Shown here one piece after another: positions 39,767 to 53,800 of a stretch of 64,000 bases of DNA. The stretch is from Octopus sinensis (Eukaryota). The notes under the pieces were generated by a model that worked only from the letters and a program-made list of their open reading frames with translations, had not been told where the DNA came from and did not search any database. The position numbers were made by a program, and so were the translations under genes. The stretch is from assembly GCF_006345805.1 (NCBI RefSeq), contig NC_043011.1:16070464-16134463 (forward strand), written 5' to 3'. The number at the start of each line of letters is the position of its first letter. Positions within the stretch are counted from its first letter, which is position 1.

Positions 39767-40160
39767 GGTGTAGGAGTGGCTGTGTGGTAGATGGCTTACT
39801 TACCAACCACATGGTCCCGGGTTCAGTCCCACTGCGTGGCACCTTGGGCAAGTGTCTTCTACTATAGCCTCGGGCCGACCAAAGCCTTCTGAGTGGATTT
39901 AGTGGACAGAAACTAGAAGAAGCCCGTCGTATATACGTATATATATATGTGTGCGTGTGTGCATGTGTGTGTGTGTGCCTATGTATGTCTCCCCAGCATC
40001 GTTTGACAACCGGTGCTAGTGTGTTTATGTCCTCGTAACTTAGCAGTTCGGCCTAAGAGACCGATAGAATAAATATTAGGCTTACAAAAAATAAGTCCTG
40101 GGCTCGATTTGCTCGACTAAAGGCGGTGCTCCAGCATGGCCACAGTCAGATTACTGAGTA
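39767..40160 (+). mobile_element. SINE family A, full length
   Basis: A-box TGGCTGTGTGG, B-box GGTTCAGTCCC, internal (TA)/(TG) tract, shared 3' body. Confidence 0.9.
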
Positions 40161-41799
40161 AAATATTACTTTGCCGTGTCCTGCCTTGATGTGTGAAACT
40201 AAGTTATTGATGATTGCCAAACACTTAAATCTCATGATAGAAGCAAACATTAGTACCGGCAGGTTTCTGAGGTTCTAGTCATTGGCTTCTTTCTATTTAT
40301 CTTTATAATATAGGAAGGTGCTCACGCATTTGTGTATGCATTTCAGCATGTAACGTATTTTTTTATACTGCAGAATACATTTGCATCCATTCATGCGTTA
40401 TTACAGCACTTTACGTCTCACATTGGAGAAATCAGCATCCTGTTGATGGAGCTATCATTCGACGCGCCTGTAGTTTTACTTTGTTTTATATTCAGATAGC
40501 TAAGTGCATCATAACCGAAACTCTGCCTCTATATATTTGATGATTAAAATTTTTCTTCCTACTGATCATAGTCTCTGACTATGATATTATATCATTTACA
40601 AAATAGTCATATGCAAGACTAGTTCAGTCAGCCAACCAAGTACATTTAAGAAATCCTGATGAAAATTTTCCCTTAGATCTTTTTTTCAATTAAAACAGGG
40701 GCTTTATTTACCGGATGAAAAATTTGAAGGGGTACTTTTGGCCAAAGCAAAGAAAGTTTAGCTTCAATTGGAACGAAAAGGCACTGCTATGAAAATTTAC
40801 TTTCACGATGGTCATGTCTCAAATGGCGATACATAGTTATTTCGTTCATGTGATATAAGAAATACGAATTGCTTATGTAACCAACCACATTGTAAGTTGA
40901 TGAACACTACTTGGTTTACCCCGAGGATGTGGAAGGACATACTGGTAAAATTGGAAATAAGAAAATGGTAATCTTGGTGCTAGTTATAGAATATAATTGG
41001 TACGACATAGACTAGTTAACAAACTGTCTGGAAGAAATTGATATGAAAGGAAGTTTGAGATGGAAAGAGGGGACGTGATGATATATAAACGGATGAGTCA
41101 TCATTTGAAAACTACATGGTGACCTTAAAATTGAGATAACACTAAATGGCTTTGGACTATTGTTATGGAGAGTGCGATGCGAGAACGTTATATAATGTAA
41201 AAAATATCTTTGAGAGCAAATTGTTTTCTCAATGAGTAATTTCATTTATTGCAGGAAGCATTTTTAACTTCTAGTGTGTTGGGAATACCAACATTTCTCC
41301 AGTAATAATACTGTTGACATGATCTGTGGTTTGCACGTTAATTTGAATTCTTTTTAACATTGTAGAAATACTTTTTTGTAATATCGATTTCCTTTTAATA
41401 TTTGAATACCCACATATGCATACGTACATACATACACATAAATATGTACATATATATATATATTATATATATATATATATATTATATATATATATTATAT
41501 ATATATATTATATATATATATAATATATATATATATATATTATATAATATATTATTATTGATATCAGGAAAGCAGTATTAGAAAATTCTTCAGAAAGATA
41601 TATACGTGTGTAAGATAATTGTATTAAAAATATAAATATGTATAAGTATAAATATGAAATAATAATAATTATGACAATTTAAAAGTTTCGAATTAAGTTT
41701 TTAACGCATTTTACGATCGTTTCGCAGAATGGTAGTTAAAAAAAATGAAGTAATAGGGAAATGGTGTTTGGCCGAAATATATATATATGTATATATATA

Positions 41800-42143
41800 A
41801 AATAATAATGCAATACGAAAGTATTGCTTTCCAGTAAAAGATAGCCCGTAAGGGTAAAATTATACGCAGTGAAGCTATACAACAGCGTCGTTTTTATTAC
41901 GATTGCTATTTTCCAGTAAATATCGGTGCCTTGTTGTACCATTTATTTACTTTTATATGTATATGTGTATATATATATGTTTATATGTCTATATATATGC
42001 ATGTATATATATGTGTATGTATATATATATATCTATATATGTATATATATGTATATATGTATATATATATATGTATATATATATGTATATATGTATGCAT
42101 ATTATGTATATATATGTATATACATGTATATATATATATGTAC

Positions 42144-42175
<32 letters not shown>

Positions 42176-42193
42176 GTATATTATCTATCTATG

Positions 42194-42241
<48 letters not shown>

Positions 42242-42278
42242 CATATACAGATATATAATATATATGCATATATATATA

Positions 42279-42332
<54 letters not shown>

Positions 42333-42610
42333 TTGAACTTTTCTCCAGGTAAATGCAGCTGATGAATACTAATCAACTTTACGTGGTCAAATGTATTTGA
42401 AGAGTCAGAAATCGGTCCTGCATTATACGATTCTAGGTTGTCCATTTATCAGATGTTCTTCCTAGAGGTAGGACAAATTTTTATTTATGTTTGTTGAACA
42501 CACACATCTTTGCTAGTATATACGCAGTGAAGCTATACAATAGCATTGTATTCATATCAATTGCTATTTTCCAGTAAATATTGGTGCTTTGTTGTACCAT
42601 TTATCTACTT

Positions 42611-42612
<2 letters not shown>
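41800..42612 (+). mobile_element. Two related short elements separated by a ~375-bp TA/TATG microsatellite, sharing a ~93-bp 3' segment
   Basis: 41861-41953 matches 42519-42611, each followed directly by (TA)n. Confidence 0.75.
42352..42424 (+). ncRNA. Type I hammerhead ribozyme with complete catalytic core
   Basis: aatgcag-CTGATGA-(42-nt stem II region)-GAAA-tcgg-TC-ctgcatt; perfect 7-bp stem I; GUC cleavage triplet ending at 42417. Confidence 0.75.
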
Positions 42613-42672
<60 letters not shown>

Positions 42673-43089
42673 CATTGGAGTATTTAAACCGTTCAAAATA
42701 TAATTTCTGAAATGTCCTTTTTTCCACCCACAGTATTTTAAAATGCAAACTTATATAATTAAATGTTTTGTGATTTAATTTGAACGTGAAATAAAACAGT
42801 TGTATGCCATGATAATTAATTGATATAGCAATTTATATCCATTAAATCTCTTCATTTTCAAATTCAGTAATTAATCAAACACACACATACACATAAACAC
42901 ACATACACATATGTGTGTGTGTGTTTGTGTGTATAAGCTTATACATTTAAGATGCCTAATTTTCGTCCATCTGTATTTAAAAGAATATATAAAACTATTT
43001 ATTTCGCATTTCCATATACTACTTTTGATTTTACAATACTGTTTTAACCTAAATTCAACTATATCTCTCAACAAACCTCAGGATTTCAA

Positions 43090-43600
43090 ACATTTCTTTG
43101 CTCTTCAACTCCTACACTCCTTGCAACACTTTCGATTATTTACATTCTGTAGACTCCCACAAACTAACATGTCTTGGAAATATATTTCGTGCCCTTCGTT
43201 TCAAGTTGAAATACAGAATTGAACTGAACCTTGTATGTTGAGAATATATTTGTGATTCTACATTATCCTCATCACCAGCATTGGTACATGCACATTAAAC
43301 AATGTCACATGATTTTAGGCCGGCGTAGTGGGAAATGAAATCTCGATAAGTTTGAATATATCACTCAGCATTGGACATTGAACACAATATTACTGCAAAA
43401 TCTCTAGAAAGTTTTCTTATTCTCCAGATGGAATTTTGTATGCATCCGGATCACCAATCTCCTTCTCTGCGCTTTATACACATACGAATATCATTTAAGT
43501 ACATTCCTTTCTCATCAATAAAGTTGCCTGTTCTTTCCTCGTATATATGAAGGACTCTCTTTGCTGTCCAATATCTATGTTAAGCACGTAAAACATATCT
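43090..43600 (-). mobile_element. Very old LINE apurinic-endonuclease-like relic
   Basis: Minus strand LFNVHVPML..DED..IYSQ resembles the VYAPT region of RTE-type endonucleases; weak. Confidence 0.3.
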
Positions 43601-45994
43601 TTGTGTCAACAATCTAATCTCTGTTTTGAGGACATCGTTGCAGCACTTCTTCAATCAATACGCCTATTCACCTATCAGTTCGAATGTTACAATGTATGTT
43701 ATGAAATGTTATCCGTTACAAATATATATGTGAAAATAGTAGCTCTTACGTACTCACCTTGGTTTTATGATATAGACAACTAACTATAAGCTCAAACATT
43801 GAGAATTTCACAAATACAGCCATGTAGTCATGGCTATTCGCTTACTGCATCACATTTTGAGACGCGACCTTCGCAGAGTGATAATCACATACATATTAAA
43901 CTGGTTAATGAATTACATATAATTAATAGCATTTATAATTATCATGGTAAATATATTTATCAACTGAAAGCAATTAATATATGAAACAATTCAACCACGA
44001 TCGTAAAGTTCAATATAAATCTTGGAATTTTCTATACGTCTGTTGATGTATCAAATTTGCAGATATGAAGTAAAGTAATTGGATGTAGAAGGTTTGACAA
44101 GTTCAAGGCTCAGCATCGAAAGACGTTTTAAAATTTAAGTTCCAATTTACATAGAGGTCACGTATTTGCCAAGTTTACAAACGAGAGTATTTTATTGCGA
44201 ATCTTTCAAATTCTCTTCATATTGTTCATATCGTGCAGGATACAAATGATATATTTTGGCAGGAAAGATTACCCAATACATTGTCGTATATAAATCGTAA
44301 TACGTTAGCTAATTCTAGAAATACTGAATTTCATTAAGATTTACGAAACTGGAAAATGGTTAGCGAGTAGAAAAGGGATATAGTGATTTTGAAGTCTTTT
44401 ATCATTAGCATTGTAAGATGTGATGTTCTGAAGGAGAATTAGCATTACATCGCTGATTTCAGACGTCACAATGAGCTGACGTTTTACTGCATCACCTCCC
44501 AATAGACAATGGTTTATTGTGCTTCATTGATATGCTATGAAACGTATTACAAAGAGTTCAGACAGTAGAATAAACTTAGAGCTGCATAGTTTGAACTCTT
44601 GTTTTACTAGTTGCCCATGCAGAAGATGAATATATTTCTCTAACTTAATGTCAAAGGTTTACCTCAGCATTGATACGTTACTTGTTATGGTTCCTGGAGA
44701 AATGAATGTCTGCATCTCTCTTGTCGCTGCCTGTTCAGATATAACGTTTTTTACATTGGCACAATAAAGGTTTTGAAAGGTCGTTTTTAAAATTGATACA
44801 GTCTTTGACTTTAAAATTACAGCTGTTACAATTTTAACTTGCAGCATATAGTAGTAAAATAATCAGACACTAAAATATATAAGTAGGAGTGTACCTATTT
44901 CAGTTATCTAAATTACAAAATAATTATTGATTTATTTTGACCGAGAAGTACGGCATAGTTTCGTAAGTAGAAATAATCGATTAAATTACCAATACTTATT
45001 ATTCGTACTTATCTGATTAACATCGAAGACATGGACTTCTCATTATTTCCCAGTGTGATTTCAACAAAGAAGAAACATACGATAAACTAAGTATGTATTA
45101 AAACATCCATTACTGGAATATGTTAGCAATATTGTGTTCAGGGTCTCTAGAGGTTATACAAGATTGCGTTATGGATTAAATAGATGCTATATACAATTAA
45201 GAAGAGAAGACAGTAATCTTAACTATCAATGGAGGACATGTGTGTCTGTTATCTTACATTAACATGCAGTTCACAATAACAATTCTTAATCTGCCTTCTT
45301 TATCCTGTTTTGTTCGGTATTGGCATTACAAATGAATACTATTCACTTCAGTAAACATTACAATGCTGTATACAAATGTAGCAAACACCGAAGGTTTTAT
45401 ATTTAGAAGGATACCGTATACCGCATGTGAAAGAAAGTTGTTTATATCGATTTATTAGAAGACAATAAATTTAGTAGAACCCCGCTCACAGCATTCATCT
45501 TTGTATGCAATAATGTGGAGTTTTACATATAATCCGCTTGCGACATAAAACATCTTGAAATCTAAATGGATGCTTGTAGTATCGAGGTGATATTTAACCA
45601 ACAGTACAATATCGTTTAATTTTTAATCCAAATGGAATAGAACAATGAAAACCGTTTGAAGTGTATTCACAATATTTGATATGATGAAAGGAGAGCTACC
45701 TGCAAGAATCAGTAGAGGGATGAAAAATGCCGTGCAGTTTCCTACTCTTCGTGTTCAAATCACATTGTAGGTCTGAATAATGTGTTTGCGCGCATGTTGA
45801 AAATCAATGACATAAACATATTAAAAGCATATATTGAAAGGTAACTACTGGAATGATAATCAGCGGATGACACTCCGTTACGTATATTAATTAGTAAACC
45901 AGTTGTGTTTATAATAATCGTAATAATCATAATAATAGTAACAATAACAGCAACAACAATAACAACAACAACAATAATAATAATAATAATAAAT

Positions 45995-46530
45995 GCCCTG
46001 ATGCAATACCAGGCAGTGGCTCTCATGGCTTCTAATCTTAACTGATTGGAAGTGTTATCATGTACGTTCTTTTGTCTTGGTATAAAAGATGGGCTACAGC
46101 AAATATTCTGCTCCATGCCACAGATTTGTTTGTCAGTTGCTTGACCTTAACCAGTTGAGCATCTCCCTTAGTGGATGAAGAAATGTACATCTCTGAACAC
46201 GAGCAGAATTAGTGGGGGAGCATCATAGCCATGTGTTGAGAGGGATTCTTTGGGGTTTGAACAATTCACCTCTGGAAACATCCTTAAACAACCCTTATTC
46301 AGGGACCTTTTGAGCAGAATGGGTAACTCAACCAGAAGAAAATACTCACTGGGCCCCACCTGCAAGGTCATGTGCTGTTTATCTTGATATGAGATCACCA
46401 TGTCGCGCACATATGGTTGTGATGCATGTGCCTGGTGTACCCTTATCAGACAGGTAGTCATGATAGGTATACTGGGCTTCGTATATTTTACCCCAGTGTC
46501 ACTTTGATAGCATGCACTGCTCTCTCACTC
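45995..46530. mobile_element. 536-bp unclassified interspersed element embedded in (AAT)n (copy 2)
   Basis: End-to-end match to 12881-13416; (AAT)n on both sides. Confidence 0.85.
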
Positions 46531-46583
<53 letters not shown>

Positions 46584-46596
46584 AACAACAACAACA

Positions 46597-47478
46597 AATT
46601 CTAGAATTAGACGTACTAGAAACAAAAGCAGAAAAAGCTAAGCGCATGAAAACTCGTGCTAAAGCTACTGCCTTAGATATTCTGACATAAATGGAAAGAA
46701 AACCTGTCAATATCAAATACCTAAAGAGAGCGAATAATCCCGATGTTGGCAAAGCCTTCACACACCAATGACTAATGGCTTCTGGCTTAAAATCAGAAAA
46801 AGAAGGGTTTTTTATAGCAGCCCAAGATCAATGCCTATCTAGAGCTGCACAATAAATTCACTGGGTAATTTGCAAAAACCTGGACTTGCCCTATGATAAA
46901 AACTGGTGAGAATACAAATCACAACCGGTCCTTGAAAATGGTCACATCTCACTCCTCTGGAACTTCATTATTCAAACTGACAGAAAGATAGATGCAAATA
47001 GGCCAGGTATCATATCATAAGACTTCAGACAACAATTATGCCTCCTCATTGATATGACTATCCCAATCAATATATACGTATCTGTCAAGACCTACCAAAA
47101 CCTGAGCAAGTATAAAGATCTAGAAATAGAATTTAGCAAAATGTGGAACCTGAGGAATAAAACAAAACCTAGGTACCCTAGGAATGATAGCAAAAATGGG
47201 CTGAAGAAACCCCAAAATGGCAGAAATTCAAAAGATAGTGCTCATGGGAAGTTCCCATATCCTACGTAAGATTCTGTTTCTGTAATCTCAAATTTTATAA
47301 CAAACACATAATTTCCCTATGATTTCTTAAACATTCTGTAGAACAACACTATGTACAAAACCAAATATATGGCACCCTAAGCATAACACCAACATGAACT
47401 TCCAACTTGTTGTCTTTTGAGGTCTCTGGGTGAGACTTGGAGCCAACATGTACAAATGCAAAACAAAAATCAATCATA
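46597..47478 (+). mobile_element. 5'-truncated, internally deleted R4/Dong element (family 3)
   Basis: GLKSEKEGFFIAAQDQC, LLWNFIIQTDRKIDANRP, LLIDMTIP..KYKDLEIE, IQKIVLMGSSHILRKIL; reverse complement of 35320-36340. Confidence 0.9.
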
Positions 47479-47509
<31 letters not shown>

Positions 47510-47560
47510 AACAACAACAACAACAACAACAACAACAATAATAATAATAATTATAATAAT

Positions 47561-47595
<35 letters not shown>

Positions 47596-47610
47596 TTAAT
47601 AATAATATTA

Positions 47611-47664
<54 letters not shown>

Positions 47665-47740
47665 TAAGTAGAAGAAGAGGAAGAAGAAGAAGAGAAAGAG
47701 GGAGAAGAAGAGGAAGAAGAAGGGGAAGAAGGAGAAGAAA
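47479..47740. repeat. (AAT)n/(AAC)n then (GAA)n microsatellite
   Basis: Directly visible. Confidence 0.95.
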
Positions 47741-48249
47741 ATGCATTGTGACTGTGTGACGAGTGTAATAATCCTGTCAAAGTGCAGATTAACTCAGGAG
47801 AATCAACGATCATCCAAGTGGTGCTTTGTTATTAATTCTTTCGTTATTGCCATAAGTAATTCGCACAATTTGCATTAACAGTTCATGGCGGTAAAAATAG
47901 TAAATACAATAATTTCGTCGTGACCGTAAACAACCGAAATAAACATCTTCGGGTTGAAGTCCACAACAATAACAACAACAACAAAAGAAAAAACAAGAAA
48001 GAGAATGGTCACTTTAGCTTTGGCAAGCATTCTACAGTAGATGGTGTTTCGATAAAGACTCCGGTGGCTGTGGTGCCTTAAAACATAATCCCCTTTGTGA
48101 GTTAAATTGTAGCTATAATTATCTTCACTCCTCTGTGAATGTGATTGAATAGTCGTAAATATCTCTCAAACGGTAAGAGTTATACAACACAGCAGTATGA
48201 GCCTATTCGTTATTCAGTTAATGCAACAAGGATTAGGAGAAAGTGGTCT

Positions 48250-49500
48250 GAGAGTGGCGATAGAATCTTTAATTACTATTAGCGTAATCCTGTGAAAATA
48301 AGATTCAGAAATACTCCAAATTATCGGGAAAAAAATCGTGGCTATGTATCAGAGGAATGTTGATAATAAGTGATAGAGAGAACAATAGATCAACTAAAGG
48401 AAAGAAATAGTAGCAATGGTGGAAAAAAGTTTAACTTCATGGAAGGAAAGGATATTACAGAAGAGCAGCTGACTTTACTTCAACGCATAAACGAGGTACG
48501 AATTTATGAATGAAGGAGATGAGCAGATTTGAGAGTAAGCGAAATTGGGAAAAATGAGCAAAGCAGTAGAAAGATTCGATAAGCTATTCATGAAACTCGG
48601 TATTGAGAATAAGGCTGATATAAATAAATACATATAATGCACAATTTCTGTTGCTGTAGAAATACGTGGATCGAAATAAATCAAGCAAATAATTAGGATG
48701 GTGATAGAGTCTTAAGAATCCTGTTGAAGAGAATGGTGAAGATTTTTGGAGAAATAAATGCAATAATTATAATGTAGGCGGTGAAGTAATAACATAGGGA
48801 TGTCTTCCCAAAATTTTCAACGTTACGCATAAAGGATCGCAGGTAGCTAGTAGAGTGTTAAGCGAAGCATTAAGGCAATGTTATGTAAAAAATATTTGAT
48901 ACAAGCAAAGAATATATCATTACCAGCAGGAACAATCAAAGCAAATTTGACCTATAATTGACTAAATAAACTTCAGGAGAATCATGTAACAAATAACGAA
49001 AGAGTTACAAACTTTGGGTCAAATATTTGTAACAAAGAGATCCAACACAACTGACAAGCAATTTGGGTACTTAAGTTTAAAATGAAATGAGAAAAAAAAA
49101 TTAGTTAATACGACAAACTAAAAATAAATATTACAGATCAGAATGCGACAGAATGCTTAAAACTCTTAGTTATTGTCGTGTATAGATTATGAGTTAAACA
49201 TATTTCAAGCATACACACGTATATGCAACAGTTTCATAGTGAAGAAATATAAAACGGAACACTAACATGGAGGACAAAATGAAGGACAGAAGTATATATA
49301 CAGAAGTATAAACAAATGAGAAGAGAAGAGAGTAAAAGCTCATTACTCACTACTAGACACGAAATTATTATCTGGCCTGATTATATAATTACATTGGTTT
49401 CTCAAGGAGAATCTATTAAGAACAGAGCAAAAGGGATACAGAAATAAGTCAAGAGTCGTTGTTGGATAATCGGATATTGTATAACACGATAGAAAATAAA
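48250..49500 (+). mobile_element. Very old R4/Dong-like relic
   Basis: Degenerate YHYQQ..NF(W)SNIC.KEIQHN and PDIV.HDRK-like segments. Confidence 0.4.
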
Positions 49501-49744
49501 GTACAAATTAAACTCATTACACACTCAGCCATTCTCACACAAATTAATGTATGTATGTATGTATGTTTGTATATGTATATATTCGTTGGTTTCTTATAAT
49601 TCGGAGGATATATATACATAATTCGAATATGTATATATTATATTGTTACGTTTATATATTTGTTTTGCAAGATTTTTGATGCGAAATGGTGTGTTGAAAC
49701 AGATATTGTTGTATTTATACATATAGTATAATACGTATATATAT

Positions 49745-49843
<99 letters not shown>

Positions 49844-50766
49844 TGTGTATGTTTGTGTGTGTGTGCGCAGTCATGTGTGTATGCATGTGTGTATGCCATA
49901 TAGAACGGTGTCTCATTATTTCAAAGATGTGGTGTTATTCGAATTTCGCTATCCTATTTCCATATTAATTTCTACAGAGAACAGGATATAATTTAAGGCA
50001 GATGTGAAACGCTATTTCTAGCATGTAACACGACCTCGTAGGGACTAAGATTTCTCCCCATGCTCATAGCTTTTACAAACAAAAACTAAATTACAGTAGT
50101 GCGTGATTCAATGTTTATACATGATAGAATTCCTTTGAACACATTATGATGAAATATGGTTCGGTGACTTGAGACACACGAAGAAAATACAATTTCAACA
50201 TTTGAATATGAAGATAGGCAGTACGAGCTTTTGTAATAATTTGTTCACTACGTAGTACGGTATACATTTCAAGGCTATAATGCACACTATGTATTCTAGA
50301 TTGGTTATATTTTCCATTTTTATATTATTCATAGAATTAATTAGCTGTTTTCATCCGAAAACCTCATACCTTTCAGCTATCGCAAATATTACTGTTTTTT
50401 ATACCTTCCTTCCATAGGAAGAAGCCAGTCAGATAATAACTGCGTCAATAGCACACTATATTTATTATTCTTTACTGAAGAAATTATATTGCATTGCTAT
50501 GTAAATAGGAACAGAAAAAAACGAAAGAAAAAAACTTTTCGTTGATTTTACAAAAGGATTCCCAGTATGAGTGATCACATTTACTTACAACTTAATGTAA
50601 AATTCATAGTGTATAGCGTGAATACATAAAGAACGGAGGTCATTTGTACAATCTGAGAGAGGAAACCTTACTTATCAAATGTTCTAGTACACACACATAT
50701 ATGCACACAAAGTTATACATCTATACATCTATACATCTGTATGTGCGTGTGTTCATGTGAAATATG

Positions 50767-50861
<95 letters not shown>

Positions 50862-53800
50862 TGTGTGTGTATGTGTGTGTGTGAGTGTGTGCATGTGTTC
50901 ATATACATGCATATGTTTGAGTAAATGTTTACAGGCGCGCACAAACACACGGACATACAGACACACACACACACGCACATATATATATATATATATTTAT
51001 ATTTGTAAACACATGCTTACAAAATAAGAGACAGACATGTTTTTTGTATTATGTACAACCTTTTTATTAAATTTGTAAAGGAAATCTCAACTGTGTTCAA
51101 GTGTAGCTAAGCTCGACTTTACTTTTCATCCTTTCAAGTTCCCTAAAATAAGTATTTGTTGAGCACTGGTAATCCGCTTATCGCATCTTCTAAATTTCCT
51201 GTACGGGGATCGAAATTTGAAACTATTAATATAAGTAATAAGGCAGATGAGTTGGCAGAATCGTTATAGAAACGGAATAACCGCCTTATGGCTATTCTGC
51301 TAGCTTTTTGCATTTTTGGTTCAAATCTCGTTCAGATCATCCTTTGCTTTTCCTCGCCCCCTCGTTGAAGACGAATAGGATGACTGGAATAGTTTTACCA
51401 TAGGGTACATATACAATACATTATGCCTAAAACTCATAACTAAATTATAAGCATCAACAATATCGATACATTAGTGAACCTTAAAGGCGTTCTATACTTT
51501 ACGATAGTAGAACATTGATCTAGAACATTGATCTTATTAAAGGGAACAGAATAATGGCAGGTTACAGTTTTGGTACCCAGACAAACAAAGCAAAGAAACC
51601 ATTTTAATACGCACGTTTCTTTTTGCATGCCATCTGCGATGAAAATGACCCTAGATTCAGGGTGTATAATGCTCGCCATTATTGAAGGTATCAATTCTAT
51701 TGAGACAGAGACTTCAATTTTCAATTATTGAAGAATTTTGCCAATCACTTACTTCTAGCTGGGACTTGGTTAGACTCGATGAAATCAAAATTTGGTAAGC
51801 AACAAGTAGCAGAGTAAAGCCATATTAAAAACTGCAGCAGTAGTAGAACTTCACATTCTTCTATGCGCTGTTGTGCAATTATTGTATATTGCAGCAAAAA
51901 CTGAAGATCCAACCTTTTAATGCTTGTCACTTCAATGTAAAACGTATGTGTTTAATGGTTTATGCGTGAAAAGAAAAAAAAAACTATCTTGACTTATTAA
52001 TTATTAAACAGAGTATAATTTTTATCAGAATAATTCGAAGTTGGAAAAAAAACAAAGTCCAAAGTAATTGAAAACAGGTACATCATCATGCCCTGCCATT
52101 TCCAGTTTCCTGCCAACAAATTTATTATTGAATTATGTAACATGCGGAAACGCATTTAGCATTATGTGAGGGTATACTTTGGATTTTACTCTCACTACAA
52201 CGGCATCGCTTGATTTTGGAATTTAAAAAATGTCCTGCAATGATTAATGTCTCTTAGGAGATTTTTTCTTTCATTAGGGAAGTCATTTTGAAATACGCGT
52301 CATACAGTTAGTTATGTTTCAGAGTATTTAACAGTAACAACAGACCTTAGATTGGAAGTTTCAGTACCAAGTACAGGCAAAAGTAAAATTTATATTAGTA
52401 TTCATGTCCCTGCAATGGAGATGAAACTATTTCCTGATAAGAATTTTAATGGAATCAATAAGCGAAATTATGTATGCAGTTGTCAACACAGCCTCACAGA
52501 TTGCTTGAACGTGAAAAAAGAGGTTGCAAATTATCCATGTTTGCCGATTACGAAGTACATTTAAATAACAAGATTGAAACTTCTTAATCGAGTCCTCATT
52601 TTGAAACAAGATAAGATATGAAAGTGAAAAACGAATATAGTGCAATACATGCAAACGGTTCGTTATGTTCTGCAACATGTCTGCTAATATTAGATTTGAA
52701 AACTTTTCTTGTCTTGATATGTGGCTCAAATCCCAATCGAGAGATTGATTGTGCATACGCTGAGCTTAATCTGCATAATATCTTCTTTCATGGATATTAC
52801 TTCCTTTACATCAAGCAGGAGATTGAATAGTAGAAATGTGAGCATTTTTACTGATGCTGGTTTGTTGACTCAGCATACTATTGAAATGACAGAACAGGTA
52901 AAGAGGTACAGTAACAAGAACAATTTGAAATCCTAAACGCAGACAAAAAATCTTATACATCAATATAACGAGTAGGGTAAAATATGAAATCTGCATTTTT
53001 TCAGGCTGCATTCAATCAATTAATTTTCACGAGTATTTGCTTGTAAACTTTTGCAATGATTGCATACTGGTACACACTATTTATGGACATCTTTAGTTTT
53101 TGCAGTTAATCATTTGGGGTATTTTGGCCAAATTGTTTATTACAGGAGCAATAAATGAAATTTCCTGTAGATTGTTTTTGCAGATGCACATCATTTTAAA
53201 TCCCGCTGATAGAAAAATGACATGGGTTAAATATACGAGGAAACACTATCCGAAAACTCACGTATTGATCTAAATATACTTGTCAATTCTTCGTCAAACC
53301 ACAACTATCATCATGAAAAAAGCAATGTTTGTATGTGTCCGGTCAAAATACTTATCTATTCATTTCCTCTTTAATATCATAATGGTGTTAATGCTATTAC
53401 ATGCGACTAGTAGGATGTACGTGGTCAAAACAAATTCAGATAGCTTCAGGTTTGGTATCTGTGCTGGGAGTGGTGTATGAATATTGGGGGACGGTGGTGA
53501 ATTCTGAATTTTACCTATATCAGTCACTAGGTTTCTGAAGTTGGATCGTAGATGTATGAAATTATCCATGTATCGTCAAAGTGATAGATTTCCTTGTCAG
53601 CCTGTTCCCATGCAACTATTTACATATTAATTTTCGTGGAGTGAACATATCACGTTTGATCTATAATTTGGAAGTGAAGCTTTATAGAACTAAATATCCA
53701 AACAGTACCATATACGATTTGAAGTCTACAATTTACCATAAAACTATCATTACCATGTTGATGAAGAAGCTGTCTAGGATATTTTGTGTGTTGTAATAAT

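Noticed and set aside
41705-41726. Minus-strand GCGAAACGATCGTA, a hammerhead 3' half
   Set aside because: No CTGANGA partner found upstream on that strand.
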